Below, piece after piece: positions 43,550 through 51,660 of a stretch of 51,660 bases of DNA (its first letter is position 1; every line of letters begins with the position of its first letter). This DNA is from an uncultured Candidatus Saccharibacteria bacterium. Lineage in GTDB: Bacteria; Patescibacteriota; Minisyncoccia; Phycocordibacterales; UBA6065. Both the position numbers and the translations under genes were made by a program. Under the pieces are notes generated by a model. It was not told the DNA's origin. It searched no databases and was given only the letters and a program-made list of their open reading frames with translations. Location of the stretch: positions 30,571 to 82,230 of the forward strand of contig CAYJAC010000001.1 in NCBI GenBank assembly GCA_964368565.1, written 5' to 3'.

Positions 43550-45091
43550 TTATTTTGCCCTAAAATGCTTTTGTCGATATTGGAGCGCCTCTAGGATGTG
43601 CTCGGTTTCGATAGTTTGTGACTCTTCTATATCCGCGATTGTACGGGCCAAACGGATTGTTCGGTGATATCCACGAGCAGATAGGTCGTATATGCTCGCT
43701 GCCTTGTTCATGGCCACTTCGGCTTGCATTGATAACAAGCAAGTCCGAGACAGTTCTCTGCCCGGTATATCTGAATTGCATGAGATCTGAAGTCCAAACC
43801 TTTCAAACCTGCTTTTCTGGAGAAATCTCGCTCTTAAGACTGTTGAACGGGCCTTTTCCGTTTCGCCTAATTTTGATCGGCCTCGTAATAGACCGTTATG
43901 GTCTATTTTTGAAACTTCGATCCATATATCAATGCGATCCATGATTGGTCCTGATATTTTTCTCTCGTAATCCGCTATGTTTTTAGGTGCACAAATACAC
44001 TCTTTGCCTTTGATTCCTTTATTCCCGCAAGGACAGGGATTGAGTGCAGCAATCAGAATGAAATGCGCTGGAAACTGGGCAGAGCCCCTGGCTCGAGCTA
44101 TTGAGATGAATCGGTCCTCAAGGGGTTGTCGTAGGCATTCGATAGTCTTACGATCGAATTCAGGGAATTCATCCAGGAAGAGGATGCCGTGATGCGCAAG
44201 TGTGACCTCTCCCGGTTTTGGAGTCGAGCCTCCACCAATAATCGATTTGTATGAGGCGGTATGATGTGGTGCTCGGACTGGTGGCTGCCTGATGATGTGT
44301 CCTTCAAGATATCCTGCTATCGAATGAATTTCCGTAGCCTCGAGCATCTCCTGAAAGGTGAGTGGTGGCAGAATGGACCGAAGCGCTCGAGCGAGCATGG
44401 TTTTGCCTGTTCCTGGTGGTCCAAAGAGGGCGATATTGTGGCCTCCGGCGGCCGCTATGACGAGCCCTCTCTTGGCGGCATCTTGGCCGATTACATCGTC
44501 AAGATCTGTGCAGTCACCTTTGTTCGTAAGAGGAGCCAGGTTGGCGGGCTTTGCAGGTTTAATAAGTTTGCTTCCTTCCAGATGCTCTATCGCCTGTCGC
44601 AGATTCTCTATACCGAATACTTGTAAGCCTTCGATTATAGAAGCTTCGGCCACGTTTTCGATAGCCACATACATTTCCTGCATGCCTTCCGCTAGGGCGA
44701 GGCGTGCATATGAAAGAATGCCGTGTATTGGCCGTAGTCTGCCATTGAGTGCCAGCTCGCCCGCAAAAAGTTTTCCTGCGGGGTCAAAGTCAATTTCTTC
44801 GGCGGCCAACAGATACCCAAGAGCAATCGGTAGGTCGAATGTCGGCCCCTCCTTTCGGATATCTGCCGGAGCGAGCGATACGACTATTTTCGCATTCGTC
44901 TGTTTAGGCGATTTGAAGCCCGAGTTTTTGATGGCGGCAGATACCCTGTCTCGGGATTCATCCACAGATTTGTCAGCTAGACCAACGATGGTGAGTGCGT
45001 GCAACGCCCCACGGGATATGTCCGTTTCGACTGATATCAGATGCGCTTTCAGCAGGTGATGCTGGGCGCTGTATATTTTTGAAAATGGCAT
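43550..45091 (-). CDS. comM: YifB/ComM-family Mg-chelatase-like ATPase
   Basis: 513 aa with a Lon-protease-like N-domain, Walker A 'GPPGTGKTMLA', 'LFLDEFPEF' and a Cys cluster 'CPCGNKG...CIC'. Confidence 0.9.
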   Translation of the reverse strand: MPFSKIYSAQHHLLKAHLISVETDISRGALHALTIVGLADKSVDESRDRVSAAIKNSGFKSPKQTNAKIVVSLAPADIRKEGPTFDLPIALGYLLAAEEIDFDPAGKLFAGELALNGRLRPIHGILSYARLALAEGMQEMYVAIENVAEASIIEGLQVFGIENLRQAIEHLEGSKLIKPAKPANLAPLTNKGDCTDLDDVIGQDAAKRGLVIAAAGGHNIALFGPPGTGKTMLARALRSILPPLTFQEMLEATEIHSIAGYLEGHIIRQPPVRAPHHTASYKSIIGGGSTPKPGEVTLAHHGILFLDEFPEFDRKTIECLRQPLEDRFISIARARGSAQFPAHFILIAALNPCPCGNKGIKGKECICAPKNIADYERKISGPIMDRIDIWIEVSKIDHNGLLRGRSKLGETEKARSTVLRARFLQKSRFERFGLQISCNSDIPGRELSRTCLLSMQAEVAMNKAASIYDLSARGYHRTIRLARTIADIEESQTIETEHILEALQYRQKHFRAK

Positions 45092-45133
45092 ACCATGACT
45101 GTATCAGGTATGGGATAAAGGAATCATAAAGGC

Positions 45134-45194
45134 AAATAGAAAAGACTCTTACGCGTCCTTCATCGACCTGGACGCGTAAGAGTCTTTTCTATTT
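45134..45194. terminator. Exceptionally long perfect hairpin (25-bp stem) 3 nt after the dksA-like stop
   Basis: aaatagaaaagactcttacgcgtcc (45134-45158), loop ttcatcgacct, ggacgcgtaagagtcttttctattt (45170-45194). Confidence 0.65.
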
Positions 45195-45197
45195 CTG

Positions 45198-45578
45198 CTA
45201 TTTACCTTCTTTCATGTGAGCAACTGATGTTCGTGCCGATGGATTTGCTTCGAGTCGATCAATCTCAATAGTTTCCCCTGACACTTCGCAGATACCGTAT
45301 GTTCCCTTCTCGATCTTATCGAGGGCGAGTTTTACGTCGTTATACTGCCTTTCCAGAGGTTTCAGGATGGCGGTGTTTGATTCGTAGCTTTCGATATTGT
45401 CTGCAATGTCAGCAGAGTCTGAAGCATTCACATCAACTTCTCCTGATGAAGGTTCCCAATCCTTTGGGTTGCTGGGATTAATATGGCCTACGCTTTTGAG
45501 CTCAGCCTCAAGAGTCTTGAGCTCCTTTTCAAGCATGATCTTAAAGTGTGTGGTGTCTATTTTTGTATTTTTTTTCAT
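45198..45578 (-). CDS. DksA/TraR-family-like protein (degenerate zinc finger)
   Basis: 126 aa with a coiled-coil N-terminus. 'IEKGTYGICEVSGETIEIDRLEANPSA' matches the DksA C-terminal region but lacks the full Cys4. Confidence 0.65.
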   Translation of the reverse strand: MKKNTKIDTTHFKIMLEKELKTLEAELKSVGHINPSNPKDWEPSSGEVDVNASDSADIADNIESYESNTAILKPLERQYNDVKLALDKIEKGTYGICEVSGETIEIDRLEANPSARTSVAHMKEGK

Positions 45579-45613
45579 ATATCTGTGTGTATCAATAGTA
45601 GCTAGTTTTTCAC

Positions 45614-47017
45614 CTACTGTATAGTGCGCACCGTAAGCAGCCTTTCCAGGATGTATTTGAGCGCGCTCTCGCCCGTCGTGACGACAATCGTATTCTTGTC
45701 GGCGAAGGCATATATAAGGACGGTCTTGCCGCTAGCATCTTTCAATGTGCGTGCATCGATGTTAGATACGATGGCATCTTCGAACTGGCTTGATGCGGCG
45801 GTTGCTGTACTTTCGGTGCTATGAGCAACTTGTGAGAGCGGCAACAGGTCCCTGCGCATATCCTTTTCCCACTCCAGCATTCCTGAGAAAGCGTTTTGGA
45901 AAAACGTATTCTTAAGAATGAGGAAAGGATTTTGGGTGTCGTATGTATAGGTTCCGATCATGTAGCTTGAATCAAGCGACCGTGCCAGCCTGCTAGGCAT
46001 AGAAGTACCCTTAAAGACAGATTCTACATCTGCCTGAGAAACCGCTTGGGAGCTCGCGACCGGTATCAGTGCGTGTACGTTGCCGAGGCCTGCATTTGCT
46101 TGCCTTAGCTTTGCACCAATAAGGACAAGGGAGTCGCTTTCTGGATCAAGGACGACCAGGGATGCTTTTGCGTATGGAATTAATCCATCTACTGTCACAG
46201 TTACTGCGGGTTTTGTCTCTACGATTTGCGATGATGAGAACCAGAAATACCATCCCGCACCAAGAACAAGCATAAGGAGGATCACAATCACAATAAAAAG
46301 GCCTGCGTGATGACCTTGCTTCGGTTCCTCATACTGGATTGCGGTCTTTTCCCTCTTTCTTTGCTCTGCTAAGGCAATATCCATCGCAGATACATTTTGA
46401 TATTTTACAGCTTCCTCCGCATCGCTTTTAAAAGTACGGATCTGTTTTATCGAAGGATCGTTAAGCGAGTGCTCAGGCTGTGCGACGGGTGTGTTTGAGG
46501 GAGTTGGTTGTGGTGCGAATGTTGGTGCGACTGTCGGTATTGGCATTGATGGCGCAGCGGCTTGGCGCACTGGTGGTGGAGGTACGGGCATCCTTGGCTT
46601 TGGTGCAGCCTGGAATCCTGTAGGAATCTCTTGGAGCGAGGCAATCAGTTTCGCACTCTCTGTGCTCAGTGAAGGTCTCTCTGCTGCTGTTTGGACAGAC
46701 ACGGGCGGTTTCGGCTGCCTAAACGAGGCGATGATTTCAGCGGCAGTAGGAATACGTACTCCTTTTACGGGATCGTTCTGGGGTATTGCTGTTGGAGCGA
46801 TGGGTGTGACTAGTGTAGTTGCGGGCTCTGCTTGAATAGATTCAGTGTTCTCGATTGGTGTTGTGGCCTCAGGACTTGAGAACTCATTTTCTTCTGAGAC
46901 TCCAGTGCCAACGATATCAATCCCCTCATCATGCATGCTTTCAACCGCCGTCTTTTCGACGTTTTTGGGCACAGACGTATTTTGTTGTTCAGGAATTTTT
47001 TCTGGTTCCATAGGCAT
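45614..47017 (-). CDS. Single-pass membrane hypothetical protein with a Pro-rich disordered N-terminal half
   Basis: 467 aa with TM 'GLFIVIVILLMLVLGAGWYFWF'. Confidence 0.5.
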   Translation of the reverse strand: MPMEPEKIPEQQNTSVPKNVEKTAVESMHDEGIDIVGTGVSEENEFSSPEATTPIENTESIQAEPATTLVTPIAPTAIPQNDPVKGVRIPTAAEIIASFRQPKPPVSVQTAAERPSLSTESAKLIASLQEIPTGFQAAPKPRMPVPPPPVRQAAAPSMPIPTVAPTFAPQPTPSNTPVAQPEHSLNDPSIKQIRTFKSDAEEAVKYQNVSAMDIALAEQRKREKTAIQYEEPKQGHHAGLFIVIVILLMLVLGAGWYFWFSSSQIVETKPAVTVTVDGLIPYAKASLVVLDPESDSLVLIGAKLRQANAGLGNVHALIPVASSQAVSQADVESVFKGTSMPSRLARSLDSSYMIGTYTYDTQNPFLILKNTFFQNAFSGMLEWEKDMRRDLLPLSQVAHSTESTATAASSQFEDAIVSNIDARTLKDASGKTVLIYAFADKNTIVVTTGESALKYILERLLTVRTIQ

Positions 47018-47059
47018 AGTATATCGCTTTGACCGCAGGCGCGCAGGCCCCGGTCCGCC

Positions 47060-47779
47060 TTAGCGGAGTTTTCTGATCACTTTTCGCATTGCACCCGGCC
47101 TTTCTGGTCGATCTTGTCTCTGGGGTCGTGGCTGCATAGGCTGACGACTCTGATTCTGCTGTACCGGAATGTGCTCAGGTGCAAGAGATACTTCGGGAGC
47201 TGGCTGTTGGTCTCGATTGTTGGTACGGTTCTCACGGTTTCCATCTCGTCTCGTGTCGAAACTGCCACGGTTGCTTCCTCCCATGACATAACGTCGTGGA
47301 TCGTCATCCATATCAATGAAGTCGTCTGCTACTTCCTTAAGTTTACCAGAGGCGGACTTCCCAAAGGTAATGACTTCTACCTGGCAACCATTCATCTTTA
47401 GATATTCAACAAGGGGTACAAAGTCTCCGTCGCCAGATGCGAGGACAATAACGTCGAGTTTGTCGGCAAGTTTTACCGCGTCAATGGCGAGACCTACATC
47501 CCAGTCAGCCTTTTTAGAGCCAGACGAGAATATTTGGAGGTCCTTGGTTTTGGTTTCGATACCAATTTTACCAAGAGCTTCAAAGAAGTTTTTTTCCTCG
47601 CCGGTTTCGGTAGTGATTACGTATGCTATGGCACGTACGAGCTGGCGTTCTGCAAGTGCATCCGCAAGGACGTTTTCAAAATTGACCCTGCCATGATGGA
47701 GGTTCTTTGCGCTGTGATAAAGGTTTTGTGCGTCGATAAATATTCCGACGCGCTGATTTGAGTGTTTGATTACTGACAT
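47060..47779 (-). CDS. NYN-domain (LabA-like) protein with an Arg/Gln-rich tail
   Basis: 'RVGIFIDAQNLYHSAK', 'DWDVGLAIDAV' and 'VLASGDGDFVPLV'. Confidence 0.8.
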   Translation of the reverse strand: MSVIKHSNQRVGIFIDAQNLYHSAKNLHHGRVNFENVLADALAERQLVRAIAYVITTETGEEKNFFEALGKIGIETKTKDLQIFSSGSKKADWDVGLAIDAVKLADKLDVIVLASGDGDFVPLVEYLKMNGCQVEVITFGKSASGKLKEVADDFIDMDDDPRRYVMGGSNRGSFDTRRDGNRENRTNNRDQQPAPEVSLAPEHIPVQQNQSRQPMQPRPQRQDRPERPGAMRKVIRKLR

Positions 47780-47905
47780 AAAAATGTTGCTGTTTGTTAT
47801 ATAAAAAATGATACCACGCTATTTCCGCGAAAATGCTGCAAATATTAAAAATACGACCTAAAAGCGAAACGCCCTACTTTTTCAAAAGTAAGGCGGTTTC
47901 GTTGT

Positions 47906-48187
47906 TTACTTCTTCTTGAGGTCGAGCTTCTTTGCGATTTCAGAGTATCTCTTTGGGTGCTTCTTTGAAAGATACTTCATGTGAGTCTGTCGGTCTGCTA
48001 CCATCGCGAGGAGACCTCGTCGAGAGTGCTTGTCCTTATCGTGTTTCTTGAGGTGTTTAGCTAATTCCTCAATCTTTGCGGTAAGGAGTCCGATCTGGAC
48101 TTCTGGAGATCCAGTGTCCGTTGCGTGGACGCCGGCGTTCTTAATTACTTTTGTTTTCTTAATCGTTGAAAGCATGGTGTGATACAT
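47906..48187 (-). CDS. rpsO: 30S ribosomal protein S15
   Basis: 'TDTGSPEVQIGLLTAKIEELAKHLKKHDKDKHSRRGLL'. The true start is probably the second Met (ending at 48175). Confidence 0.9.
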   Translation of the reverse strand: MYHTMLSTIKKTKVIKNAGVHATDTGSPEVQIGLLTAKIEELAKHLKKHDKDKHSRRGLLAMVADRQTHMKYLSKKHPKRYSEIAKKLDLKKK

Positions 48188-48244
48188 CTTAGCACATATA
48201 GTCTAAAATTGCAACCCCCTTCCCATAGTGAAATAAAAAAAGGC

Positions 48245-48679
48245 TTAGTGGGGCCGTTTGGGGTTCAGACAAGAGTCAAGTACTGCTTTTTGTGCCTCTT
48301 GGGGGTGGATTTTTATTGTCCTGAATGTTTCAAGTGGAACCCATTGAGGATCATATACGTTGTCTGTAGTCATCTTTTCCGGCCCTATGCCTAGCTTTGG
48401 AGTACCTGAGATATAGTCGCAAATATAAAAATGGTGTTCAGATGAATAACGGGATTGTACTGGTTCCTTGTTATTGTATACGTACAGTAGCCTATTGATT
48501 GAAGCTGATACAGAAGCTTCTTCGTAAAGTTCTCTGATTACCGCCTGTTCAGTACTTTCACCTGGCTCTACTCCACCGCCAATGAAAGACCAGTACTCAG
48601 TATTCTTATTTATCCTATGCATAAGTAGGATTGAGTCACCTTTTATCACAATCGCAACGGCGCGAATTCTTTTACCCAT
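48245..48679 (-). CDS. NUDIX hydrolase
   Basis: Nudix box 'GGGVEPGESTEQAVIRELYEEASV'. Confidence 0.85.
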   Translation of the reverse strand: MGKRIRAVAIVIKGDSILLMHRINKNTEYWSFIGGGVEPGESTEQAVIRELYEEASVSASINRLLYVYNNKEPVQSRYSSEHHFYICDYISGTPKLGIGPEKMTTDNVYDPQWVPLETFRTIKIHPQEAQKAVLDSCLNPKRPH

Positions 48680-48739
48680 ATCGAAAGTCTAGCATGGATA
48701 CGGGGAGGTTTTTATTGGACGATTTGCTATCATGGCACC

Positions 48740-49540
48740 ATGAAAATACTTTCTTGGAACGTGAACGGTATCCGTGCAAATATTAAAAAAGGTGCATTCG
48801 ACTGGCTTCTACAGCAAAAGGCAGACATATTCTGCCTTCAGGAGACCAAAGCGGAGATATCACAGCTTCCGGTCGAGGTGGTTACGCCGTTTGGCTATAA
48901 ATCATACTTTGACCATTCAAAGGGTCGCAAAGGCTACAGTGGTGTGGCTATATATGTAAAAATTACCCATGTACCACGTATATCCCGGGTTGAATATGGT
49001 TTTGGTTTACCGGAATTGGATCAAGAGGGGCGCCAAATAAGCCTCTTTCTCAATGATAAAGCGGGAAAGCCGTCGTTTTGTCTTATAAATACATACTTTC
49101 CTAACGGCGGCGGCGGTCCTGAACGTTTGGCCTACAAACTGCGCTACTATGATGCTTTTTTGACATATATAGAGAAAATACGAAAACAGGGCTATGAAAT
49201 CATCTTTACAGGCGATGTGAATACCGCACACACCGAGATAGATTTGGCTCGTCCAAAGGAGAATGCTGAAAACACCGGCTTCCTCCCTATCGAGCGCGCA
49301 TGGATAGATAAAGTCGTGGCGGCAAAATATATCGATACCTATCGGGCTGCTAATCCTGGAAAGGTCGGAGCATATACATACTGGGATATGAAGACTTTTG
49401 CGCGAGAAAGAAATGTTGGATGGAGGATAGATTATTTTTTTGTAAGCGAAAATCTTTCGAAAAAGATAAAGAAGGCAGAAATATTTTCTGATGTGCTTGG
49501 GTCTGACCATTGCCCGCTTGGCATAGAAGTCTCTTTGTAG
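48740..49540 (+). CDS. xth: Exodeoxyribonuclease III (AP endonuclease)
   Basis: 266 aa with 'KILSWNVNGIRA', 'DIFCLQETK', 'GDVNTAHTEIDL' and 'SDHCPL'. Confidence 0.9.
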   Translation: MKILSWNVNGIRANIKKGAFDWLLQQKADIFCLQETKAEISQLPVEVVTPFGYKSYFDHSKGRKGYSGVAIYVKITHVPRISRVEYGFGLPELDQEGRQISLFLNDKAGKPSFCLINTYFPNGGGGPERLAYKLRYYDAFLTYIEKIRKQGYEIIFTGDVNTAHTEIDLARPKENAENTGFLPIERAWIDKVVAAKYIDTYRAANPGKVGAYTYWDMKTFARERNVGWRIDYFFVSENLSKKIKKAEIFSDVLGSDHCPLGIEVSL

Positions 49541-49758
49541 AGCCGTTTCCCGGAGTGTCTTTTATAAAGGACAAAAGAAAATGAGTTATCCACATGCTAT
49601 GTCCTTTACATGTCTTTTATGACTGCTATTATTATCCCAGACCAGAAAAGATTCTTCTCTTAGAAAATCTAGATCTGGAAATTGGTTCTTTCAAATATGT
49701 CGGTAATCGTTAAAGTTTGGTCAAAACGTCAGTTAGTTGTTATGGGTTTCTTCGCGGT

Positions 49759-49840
49759 GCTCAACAATGTGTGCTCGTATATCGAACACAGATTGTTGAG
49801 CCTCGGAAGTCTCGCGTAACACGCGAGTCTCTCAAGACTC
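49759..49840. repeat. Palindromic element with motifs shared with copy b (copy e, distant)
   Basis: A 15-bp stem gctcaacaatgtgtg / cacagattgttgagc (1 mismatch) is followed by 'cctcggaag' plus the ctcgcg-taaca-cgcgag hairpin. An overlapping alternative hairpin gagtct-ctca-agactc also exists. Confidence 0.4.
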
Positions 49841-50032
49841 AATATTGTGCGTATGCAACTTCTTAGGCGAACGTAGATATGGCCCTAAATCGGGACAATA
49901 ATATCTAATGATAATAGGCCCGTTCTTTCTGGCCTTCTCCACGTTCACCCCAAGCAGTCCGTACTCACGAGCCGTCCGCACATCTACTGTTCGGGCGGTT
50001 ATTTGTACCCAAAAATCAAATTATAAACGAAT

Positions 50033-50056
50033 AAAACGGCCTTGCTAAGCCGTTTT
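50033..50056. terminator. Intrinsic terminator of the cca gene
   Basis: aaaacggc-cttgctaa-gccgtttt lies 9 nt after the stop. Confidence 0.7.
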
Positions 50057-50064
50057 ACTTTTGT

Positions 50065-51561
50065 CTATTGTACGCCGTGTTTGCCGCGGATTTTGGCTAT
50101 CTCATCCTCCTCTGCCTTCATTTTTTTATCCTTCCCTATTGCGGCGCGCTTCTTTAAATCCTCGTCGGCAAGTTTCACAAGTTCCAAGGTTTGTCCTTCT
50201 AGATACTCGGCGGTATTAAGCTTTGGATTTTCCAAGACTTCTTCAAGAAGAGCGTTCAATATCAGGCCAATCTTCGGATTTGGAGGCATCTTGCTCACCT
50301 CCATTACTCGTTTACCGTCTATTTTCAACATTCCTACAGAGATTGGGTCACGCAGAGCCTCCTCGACCATCGATTTGTATTTGCGTAGACGGTATGGATT
50401 TTCTTTAGGACGTCCGGTGCCGATACGATCGCAGATACGCACATTCATAAGGTTCCAAATGTGTTCCTTGCCAACATTCGCCACCATGCGACGGACGGCC
50501 GATAGCGTGATTTGTTCGGTATCTGAGAAAAACATGTGCCAGCGCACCAGTTTCACGACGTTTTCTATTGTTTTTGACGGAAAATTGAGGTTTCGGAGGA
50601 TTTTCTCAGTCATTCGAGCGCCCACTACCTCATGTCCGTAGAACGTGAACTGATTGGTTTCACGTGAAAACCTACGCGTTGCTGGCTTGCCTACGTCGTG
50701 AAACAGGGCCGCCAGACGGATTTCGAGCGGATACTTCTTGTCTGCCGAGTGTTGAAGGGTTCGGATAAGGTGTTCCCATACATCGTACGAATGGGCCTGG
50801 TTTTGTTCGATTCCATAGCTTTCCTCAAGTTCCTTGGCTATAAACGGAATAATAGCGAGTTCGCGGCACATGATAAGGGCATTCATGGGTGTATCGGACA
50901 TGATAATGCGAACAAACTCGTCTCGGACACGTTCCCTTGCAATATGACCCAACAGCGGCGCGTGGGTTTTGAGGGCCTCAAGTGTTCCCTTTTCTATGGC
51001 AAAGCCAAGCTCGGCCGCAATACGGACTGCACGCATGATACGAAGCGCATCTTCAGAAAGGCGCTCATGAGCGTCCCCTACGGTTCGTATAAGCCTGTCT
51101 TTGATGTCTGTTTGGCCGCTGAAGAGGTCTGTGATGTTTCCCGTGAAACTTCCCTCGTGTTCCTTATCGAGCTTTAATGCCAGGGCGTTTATCGTGAAAT
51201 CACGGCGTTTAAGGTCGTCTTCGATATTCTTGCTAAAGGACACGACATCGGGTCGACGCTTGTCTGTATAAGCTGATTCAAGGCGGAATGGAGTAACTTC
51301 GACAGTTTTAAGGCGTTCGTCAGTAGCGGCATCGTTAACAACACCAACTGTTCCGTAGGTGTTTTCGTAGAACGTATGAGGAAACGCAGCGATAATTTGT
51401 TCCGGTGTGGCATCGGTGGTAACGTCCCAGTCCTTTGGCTCACGGCCGATTATGAGATCTCGTACACATCCGCCTACTAGATATGCCTTAAAACCCTTAT
51501 TTTCAAGGGTTTTTGTTACTTGTGAAACTTCAGAAGGTACGATGAATGAAGTTTTTGACAT
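50065..51561 (-). CDS. cca: CCA-adding enzyme / poly(A) polymerase family protein with an HD domain
   Basis: 498 aa with 'YLVGGCVRDLI', 'DWDVTT', 'RRDFTINA' and the HD motif 'LFHDVGKP'. Confidence 0.85.
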   Translation of the reverse strand: MSKTSFIVPSEVSQVTKTLENKGFKAYLVGGCVRDLIIGREPKDWDVTTDATPEQIIAAFPHTFYENTYGTVGVVNDAATDERLKTVEVTPFRLESAYTDKRRPDVVSFSKNIEDDLKRRDFTINALALKLDKEHEGSFTGNITDLFSGQTDIKDRLIRTVGDAHERLSEDALRIMRAVRIAAELGFAIEKGTLEALKTHAPLLGHIARERVRDEFVRIIMSDTPMNALIMCRELAIIPFIAKELEESYGIEQNQAHSYDVWEHLIRTLQHSADKKYPLEIRLAALFHDVGKPATRRFSRETNQFTFYGHEVVGARMTEKILRNLNFPSKTIENVVKLVRWHMFFSDTEQITLSAVRRMVANVGKEHIWNLMNVRICDRIGTGRPKENPYRLRKYKSMVEEALRDPISVGMLKIDGKRVMEVSKMPPNPKIGLILNALLEEVLENPKLNTAEYLEGQTLELVKLADEDLKKRAAIGKDKKMKAEEDEIAKIRGKHGVQ

Positions 51562-51598
51562 GATTTCAAGGTTTTTAAACCTATGTTAGACCAACAAT

Positions 51599-51660
51599 TG
51601 GTGCTCCCGGAGGGATTCGAACCCCCAACAACGGTTCCGAAGACCGGTATGATATCCATT
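51599..51660 (-). tRNA. tRNA-Arg (anticodon UCG), 3' part; the 5' end lies outside the window
   Basis: The minus strand reads ...ccggt-cTTCGga-accgt-tgtt-ggggg-ttcgaat-ccctc-cgggagc-a-CCA. CCA is encoded. Confidence 0.7.

Noticed and set aside
44358-45059. A 233-aa plus-strand ORF inside comM; similarly 50042-50641 and 50698-51177 inside cca, 15401-15844 inside yebC, and 8127-8588 inside the holA-like gene.
   Set aside because: They are antisense to genes with clear catalytic motifs, and their compositions are skewed (Ser/Arg/Ala-rich) as is typical of shadow frames.
49541-50064. tmRNA, RNase P RNA or SRP RNA in the long xth/cca gap.
   Set aside because: I found no tRNA-like T-arm/CCA end for tmRNA. 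I found no GAGGAAAGUCC/ACAGAA-type RNase P motifs. I found no GGAAGCAGCC-like SRP domain IV motif on either strand. This was only a by-eye check, so the region is kept as an open finding.

Overview
This 51.7-kb chromosomal segment comes from a small-genome bacterium. From gene content I infer a Patescibacteria/CPR (Parcubacteria-like) organism: short YidC, a 175-aa YebC, a minimal HolA-like protein, many membrane-anchored hypothetical proteins, and a Gram-positive-style T4SS-like locus. This lineage call is inference, not a search result. Standard code 11 reads the genes well.

The core backbone includes the replication-origin neighbourhood (rnpA-rpmH, then divergent dnaA-dnaN with DnaA boxes between dnaA and dnaN). 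It also carries polA, tsaE, a holA-like gene, ruvB-yebC-ruvC, tyrS, a class A PBP, yidC, rsmA, pcrA/uvrD, comM, rpsO, xth, cca, mutM (partial), tRNA-Lys(UUU) and a partial tRNA-Arg(UCG).

There are two accessory blocks.

1. About 2.06-7.9 kb, abutting the 3' end of tRNA-Lys, is a decayed integrated element. It carries an apparently complete diversity-generating retroelement (DGR): reverse transcriptase, Avd-like protein, a 125-bp template repeat (TR) and a 125-bp variable repeat (VR) at the C-terminus of a 213-aa target. The element also has a large serine recombinase with two in-frame nonsense codons, and a Panacea-domain antitoxin paired with a RelE/HigB-like toxin. The DGR layout is unusual. 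avd lies on the opposite strand between TR and RT, and a C10 tract fills the 20-bp gap between avd and RT.

2. 25.1-37.7 kb is a ten-gene, tightly packed minus-strand operon. It encodes a VirB4 ATPase, a PrgI/VirB3-like protein, a VirB6-like polytopic protein, a T4SS-pilin-like fusion protein and large secreted or surface proteins. No relaxase or coupling protein is visible in the window.

Separately, a family of GC-rich nested-palindrome elements occupies several intergenic regions. Two copies share near-identical cores embedded in the loops of bidirectional terminator-like stems. No CRISPR array, rRNA or intact transposase was seen.
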